NCBI RefSeq assembly: GCF_009914755.1
Contig: NC_060925.1
Strand: one strand, 5' to 3'
Length of the DNA stretch: 64,000 nucleotides
Source: the human T2T-CHM13v2.0 reference genome, Homo sapiens
Numbering within the stretch: the stretch's first letter is position 1; each line of letters opens with the position of its first letter. Under the pieces are notes generated by a model, which worked only from the letters and a program-made list of their open reading frames with translations, ran no database searches and was not told where the DNA came from. The translations under genes were made by a program, and so were the position numbers. Below are positions 57,374 through 64,000 of the stretch, one piece after another.

Positions 57374-58599
57374 CCTTGCTTCTTCCTTCTCTCCCCTGAA
57401 GAATATTTTCCACTTAGCAAAAAAAAAGTGTATGATTTATCTGATTAAAGATGTCACTCAAAAACCTTCATTTCCTCAAAAGGTTAAACATAGAATTCCC
57501 ATATGATCTGACAATTCCACTGCTGGATGTATGCCCAAAAGAACTGAACGCAGGGACTCAAACAGATATTGGGTTGATAAGTCTATTGTATTTTAAAACC
57601 GAGCTGGGTCCCGTGTAATTCTGAGTCTGAGCTGAACTGAAAATGTGATATTTACTCTTGAGACACCTTAGCTTATTCAGATTCAATGGGAGATATTGCC
57701 TAAGATTTTATCTCTCTGCAGATCAGTTCTTCACCTTTCAGCATGATCCCCAATCTTGTTTTTTCAAGCAACAATTTGACTTTATATTTATCACATATAA
57801 TTCTAAGTTTTAGAACAGTTACTTTGTGGTAAGTATAACTCTTCCAGAACTTACCATTATGTGTGATAAATATAAAGTGTTCCAACTCAGCACTTATGAA
57901 TTTCTAGATAAATTGCTGAGTATACTATTAAGTTCTCATTCCTGGTCATCTTAAAACATGTACATGGAATAAACACAGTTTATGATATACAAAAACAAAA
58001 TGCTGTTCACTGTTCAGCCGTTTGTAGCCCTTTGTGCTATTGAAGCCATTTTTCTGAGGTTACTAATGACTCTCTACTTGCTAAACCCAATGGCTTAGAA
58101 GTCACCCTACTGAACTTCTCTATGACATTTGACATTGTTGATCACTGCCTCCTTTATGAAATTTTCATCTTTTTATGGCTTCCTTGACACTACTCTCTCC
58201 TGATAGTCTTGCTGCCCACCCTGACTACATCTCAGCCTCCCTCCTTGACCCATCTTCTTTATCAGGCTCACGGGAGGATGTTCCCTTGGGCTCTTTTCCT
58301 TTTCACTCTATTCTCTCTCTCGGCAGATTTGCCAGACTTAATTATCACTTAAATGCAAATGGTTCCTCAGTTTTCAGTCTTAACTTCTCTTTCTAGAGCT
58401 CTAGATCAGTATTTCCAACTGGAGTACTGCATGTTCCATTGATTCCTTCATATTTCCCACATCTCATGGAACCCCAGACCTGCTCTCTACTTTCATTTCT
58501 CATCTCAGTTCATGACAGCAGCATCTACCCAATCACTACAGTTAGAGTCACACGTCACATCTCCTTCTGTCCATGATCCTGATTGGCTGGAGCTGTTGC

Positions 58600-59180
58600 A
58601 TCCACAGTCAGCATAATACTCATAGCACTCAAGAGCAAGGACTCTGCATCTGGGTTGCCAGGGCTCAGACCCAGGTCTATTACTCACTAGGGGGGTGCTC
58701 TTGAGTAAGATGCTTAACCTCTATGTCTAACTTTACTCATCTATAAAATGAAGATAACAATAGTAGCTACTTCTTAGAGTTCTTGTGAAGATTAAATACA
58801 TTTATATTTGTAAAGTGCTTAGAACAGTGCCTGGCACATCATAAGTGTTACATAGCTGCTTGTTAATAAATTGGTCTTGAGTTTGTCCCTGCCCTAGTCC
58901 ATCCTTCACACTGCTGACAGATGTTTTTGAGGGGTTACCAATTTTTATGTTAAATCAGGGGCCAGTCGTTATGTTAAGTGTTTTATATGGAGAATCTCAT
59001 TTAATTCTCCAAACAACTTGTGAGGGAGGTGTGATAATACCCATTTAAGAGAGGAGGAAACTGGGGCTTTAAGAGCTAGTGCACTTTGCCGAAGGTCACA
59101 TAGTTTGTAAATGCCAGAGTTGGGATTTTAATTCAGGCCTGTCTACTCCCAGAGCTAGTGCTCAAAACCAGGAAGCTACG
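58600..59180. mobile_element. Two MIRs (+ about 58600-58870; - about 58960-59180)
   Basis: ctcatctataaaatg...gtaaagtgcttagaacagtgcctggcaca; gaggaaactgggg...aaggtcaca. Confidence 0.75.
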
Positions 59181-59558
59181 CTAGCCTGCTTTTCCAAACC
59201 TAAGTTAGTCACTCACTGCTTAACCTTCTTCAAAGACCTCACACTGCCTATGCCGTCAGGAACTATTCCTTCACAATCTTGTTGCAACTTAACTTTATTT
59301 CCTACAACTTTACTCCATGGGGCTTCCTGTTTCCTTCTTCCTTCTCCCTCTGTTGGCCTCTTTTCCTTTGTTCCTTCAACCTTTATTGAATGCCTGAGTG
59401 CCAGGCACTGTGCTAAATTGGAGAAAACAAGAGACGAGCAGTTTATCTTCAAGGACCTCATAGTCTGATACAAACTATTATTGACAATACAGTAAGGGGA
59501 GTGCACTCAGGCAATGTGGGAGCCAGACTGGGAAGACAAGGGACAGGAGCAGGGAGAG

Positions 59559-59922
59559 TGTATTAGTCCGTTTTCATGCTGCTAATAAAGACATACCCAA
59601 GATTAGATAACTTATAAAGGAAAAGAGGTTTAATGGACTCACAGTTCCACATGGCTAGGGAGGCTTCACAATCATGGTGGAATGTGAAGAAGGAGCAAAG
59701 GCATGTCTTATGTGGCAGCAGGCAAGAGAGTATGTGCAGGGGAGCTGTCCTTTATAAAACCATCAGATCTCATGAGACTTATCCACTATCACAAGAACAG
59801 CATGGGAAAACCTGCCTTCATGATTCAATTACTTGCCACCAGGTCCCTCCCAAGACATATGGGGATTATGGGAACTAAGAGTCAAGATAAGATTTGGGTG
59901 GGGACACAGCCAAACTGTATCA
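59559..59922 (-). mobile_element. THE1 (B/C-like) solo LTR
   Basis: tgtattagtccgttttcatgctgct...gatttgggtggggacacagccaaactgtatca, full length. Confidence 0.93.
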
Positions 59923-60181
59923 GACCGTTTCTTTGAGAGGGGACATTTGGCTGCCTTAAAGGATACTCTGGTCAGAAAATTTCTTGTCATTCTTTAACAA
60001 TTCTGACTTTGCCTTTTGCCTTAGGGAATCTTTGGGGTGTCTTTTTCCCTGTCAGATGATTGACTAAGACTGGATTTCAAAATCAGCTTCTCTGATCCTT
60101 GGATGTTTGTTTCTTTACACATATGTCAATTATAGCATGTATCGCACTGTAGCCTAAGAGCTATTGGTCTACCTGCCCATC

Positions 60182-60504
<323 letters not shown>

Positions 60505-60687
60505 TAAATTGTGATTTCCTCCAAGGAAAAAACAGAGTCTTAATTTATTTTTGAACGGTCCTTCATTCCTAAAGTGACATAACCGGAATATCATAGGTCT
60601 CAATAAAGTTTTGTTAAATGAAGGGTTGCTTGCCTATTCACAAAAGAAAGTATAAGTCAGGGGGCTCTTCTGATTCAGAGTAAATAA

Positions 60688-61083
<396 letters not shown>

Positions 61084-61821
61084 TAAATCTACTTCTGTGG
61101 ATAAATTAAGTTGTCATGTCCTGGGTGGCAGGGCTCTGGATCAGGCATGAGAAAAATCAAGAATTTTAGAGCTAGTTTTGAGGGTTTCCTTACTTTCTTG
61201 GGTTGGGCCATGGTTCCAGAATTTTGTGCACAATTAAGGCATAGAGGTACGGTGCTGCTGGGAGCAGTGTGCCATGGTCCACCAGGGTTGCTACTAAGAA
61301 TTTCCCATTCTAGTCCATGACTGGCTAAAGGCAGGAATCTCTTTTGTAGCTGTCCCTGGTTCCCTTTTCCCAGGCACAACATACAGCCATTTCCTTTCTG
61401 TGGTCTCGCCTCCTTCCTGGTAGCACACATATTCCTTTTTGCCTGTCTCTTTCTCCTGGCAAGGTTTACCTCCAGCAGAGGGGAATCTTTATGGTGAGCA
61501 GACGGAGGTCTGAGGTGAGAGGAGTCCTCACTCTTCTTTCTTTATTTTTTTGACCTTGATTACCCTTTCACCAGAGGTTAAGGCTTTTATACAGAAAAAG
61601 CCAGAAAGACTCATAGTCTATGCCTATTTTCCATCTTGTGTCATCCCTCTCCTGGGGAAATGATTGCAGAATCCCTATTGGCATGAATTAAGGGGAAGAG
61701 AAAGGGGAAAAAAGTACATGGAGAAAAAAAGACAACAGCAGAGAATGATATCTCAGAGCACTGCTCCAGGCATAGCAGTTCCCTAGTAAATCTTGAAATC
61801 TCATCAAAATTGTGAGGGTTA

Positions 61822-62122
61822 GGCTGAGCAAGGTGGCTCATGCCTGTAATTCCAGCACTTTAGGAGGCCTAGGTGGGAGGACTGTTGTAGCTCAGGAGCT
61901 CAAGGCCAGCCTGGGCAACATAGCAAGACCCACATCTCTCCCAAAAATAAACAAAAAAATTAGTTTGGCATAATGGCATGTGCCTGTAGTCCCAGCTACT
62001 CAGGGGGCTGAGGTGGGGGTGGGAGGATGGCTCACAAACCTATGTGAGGTAAGGCTGCAGTGAACCATGATGGTGTGACTGCACTCCAGCCTGGTTAACA
62101 AAGCGAGACCAAAAAAAAAAAA
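61822..62122 (+). mobile_element. AluJ
   Basis: J-type arms with poly-A. Confidence 0.92.
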
Positions 62123-62859
62123 TGTTAGAATCAAGGGACAAAGTACATGTAAGAGGTTTAGAATAGCACTTGGTACAGGAACAGTGAGTGCTCAATAAAT
62201 TATTATTAGGTCTCCTCCACCCAGGGCAGGACCTGGGTTTCTGTCCTGAATTGGGACTTCCAAGACAATCACTCCCACACTCAATGTAGTACAGAGCTCT
62301 GTGAGTGATCTCTGCCCATGTTCCCCAGGGACACTTCAGCCTGGGTGCTGGGCCTGTTTCCGGTTTTACTGGGGTGGGCTTAGAGCTGTACTTCTATGGG
62401 GTTCTCTTTCCTCTCAACGTTGGTTTCCCTCCCAACCCTCACCCCCAACCCCAGGAAGCTCAGTTTACAAGTGCGGTCGGTACCCTCATTTGGTGTTTTT
62501 ATTGGCTTTTCTGATAGCCCCTGGACTAGACAATTACATTGAAATTCAGAAGCAGCATGCACTTTTTGGCATTGATGTCTTTAATTAAATTCAATAAGCA
62601 TTTATTGAGCACCTAGAGTGTGTAAAATACTGTTCCTTTAAATACATTTAGTCCTGAACTGTTTTAGCTTCTTAGTTTGGATTAGTGCTGATCCATTTCT
62701 TAAAGGTTTTATGAAGCATAAATATCAAAATGGAAAAATATTTGCACAGTTCTTTGTAAATATAAACGTCTTGTGTGGATTATTGTTGCTACAGTATTAA
62801 TATTAACTGCAGTAACAACACTGCTGCTTCCCAGACAGGCGGTAGAGAGCAGCTGTAGG

Positions 62860-63700
62860 CCAACAGGAGCCAGACTGAAGAGGTCCAGGGAGGTGCCTCC
62901 AGCACGTACGGCCCACAAGGGGCGGAGTCTTAAGAAGCGTACCCAAGCCCCACCCCTTACAGCACCCCCTTCGTCAGGGCGGTGTAGGCGGTTACCATGG
63001 CGATGACGTCCAGAGGGCGGGGAGGGGCGGGGCTATGGAGAGGAGGAGGAAGATGGCGGGCGGGCTGCTCTGAAGAGACCTCGGCGGCGGCGGAGGAGGA
63101 GAGAAGCGCAGCGCCGCGCCGCGCCGGGGCCCATGTGGGGAGGAGTCGGAGTCGCTGTTGCCGCCGCCGCCTGTAGCTGCTGGACCCGAGTGGGAGTGAG
63201 GGGGAAACGGCAGGATGAAGTTCGCCGAGCACCTCTCCGCGCACATCACTCCCGAGTGGAGGAAGCAATACATCCAGTATGAGGTACCGGCACGGCTGGG
63301 GTGTGGGAGGACTCGGAGGGGCCACCATCTCGCCAGTCCTGACGTCCACCGCCGCCTTCCGCTTCAGCTGGCTCCCTGTGCCCGGGCAGACTTTGACCCG
63401 CTGCCGCGGGGAGCCACTGCGGCATCCCCGCCGCGGCCGGCCGCCTCCCGGCTCCGCTGTCCTTCCCCTCCCCCGCAGCCCCGCTGCCGCCGGGGTAACG
63501 GATATGCAGGCGGAGGGCCGGGAGGAAAGGCGCTGCCCGGGCCGGGGCCGGGGCCGGGGAACGGTGGGAGGGTGAGCTGCAGGTGGGGGAGTCACGGTGC
63601 GAGGGCAGCCCCGGGTCGCGGCTGTTCCGCGCTAATCCCCTTCTCCCCACTCGCCCTGACCTCTCGTCCCCACCCTGGGCGAGCGCCCCCTCGCCAAGGT
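62860..63700. promoter_or_regulatory. XPR1: CpG island / TATA-less XPR1 promoter and 5' UTR
   Basis: Abrupt rise in GC and CpG. GC boxes at 62919-62928, 62977-62982, 63015-63022 and 63024-63033; CRE-like TGACGTCC at 63004-63011; YY1 motif AAGATGGCGG at 63050-63059. The exact TSS cannot be read from sequence. Confidence 0.9.
63215..63283 (+). CDS. XPR1: XPR1 coding exon 1 (N-terminus of the SPX domain); gene continues beyond the window
   Basis: Translates [23 protein letters not shown], which I recognise as the XPR1 N-terminus (SPX-type MKF...PEW...YI.Y motif). 69 nt, phase 0, followed by the donor GAG|gtaccg at 63284. Lies in a CpG island. Confidence 0.97.
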
Positions 63701-64000
63701 TAGGTCTTGTTTCTCTCTCTACACCTCTCACCAAGGAATCCTTGTCTTCCAAGAGAAGCCCCTCCAGTGATTTCCTTCATTCCAAAGAGCCCTTCGGCTT
63801 TTTCCCACTTGCCCACTGTTGACAAAGGCTTTGTAACGGGGTTGAAACTTGACTTAAGTGTGTATCACATATGTAGTGGTTATAGTTTTTGTAAACACGT
63901 TGTAATCAACTATTCTGCTTTGATAATAAGACTCTTTTTACTGATTGCATGAAGTCTACAGAGTAATAACATCTTTGTTTTTGCCTCTTGTTTTGGAATG
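63284..64000 (+). other. XPR1: XPR1 intron 1 (5' part)
   Basis: GT at 63284-63285; the in-frame continuation is low-complexity R/P/G sequence, not SPX. Confidence 0.9.

Noticed and set aside
63215-63703. 162-aa ORF as the full protein
   Set aside because: Only the first 23 codons are XPR1; the rest is read-through past the GT donor into GC-rich intron.
62957-63752. Long antisense ORFs (212 and 168 aa) over the CpG island
   Set aside because: Stop-poor GC-rich DNA giving low-complexity P/R/G/A peptides with no recognisable domain.

Overview
Primate, almost certainly human, genomic DNA: about 63 kb of repeat-dense intergenic sequence ending in the CpG-island promoter, first exon and start of intron 1 of XPR1 on the + strand. 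XPR1 is the SPX-EXS phosphate exporter and xenotropic/polytropic retrovirus receptor, on chr1q25 from recall. The only protein-coding sequence I can support is XPR1 exon 1 (63215-63283, [23 protein letters not shown], then a GT donor); the other ORFs are Alu/LTR/L1/low-complexity or GC-rich artefacts. The rest is about 30 Alus, MaLR LTRs (MLT1, MST with internal sequence, THE1), ERVL (MLT2 and a decayed integrase region), ERV1 LTRs (LTR10, MER31, one MER4-group-like), L1M, L2, MIR and one MER94. Repeat subfamilies were called by eye, and boundaries are approximate unless a TSD is quoted. Best leads: (1) 43602-44090 looks, from memory, like the 3'-transduced flank of the active L1 LRE2, here with no L1 attached (empty allele); (2) an XPR1 5' leader with a strong-Kozak uORF, an overlapping uORF that stops 1 nt before the exon 1 donor, and an 11-bp GC stem; (3) a 93-bp templated insertion with a 13-bp target duplication; (4) a two-register 82-nt palindrome; (5) a 19/20 zero-spacer p53/p63 element next to an AP-1 site. 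I found no convincing new multi-gene system; XPR1 leader control is the closest candidate and is only a hypothesis.
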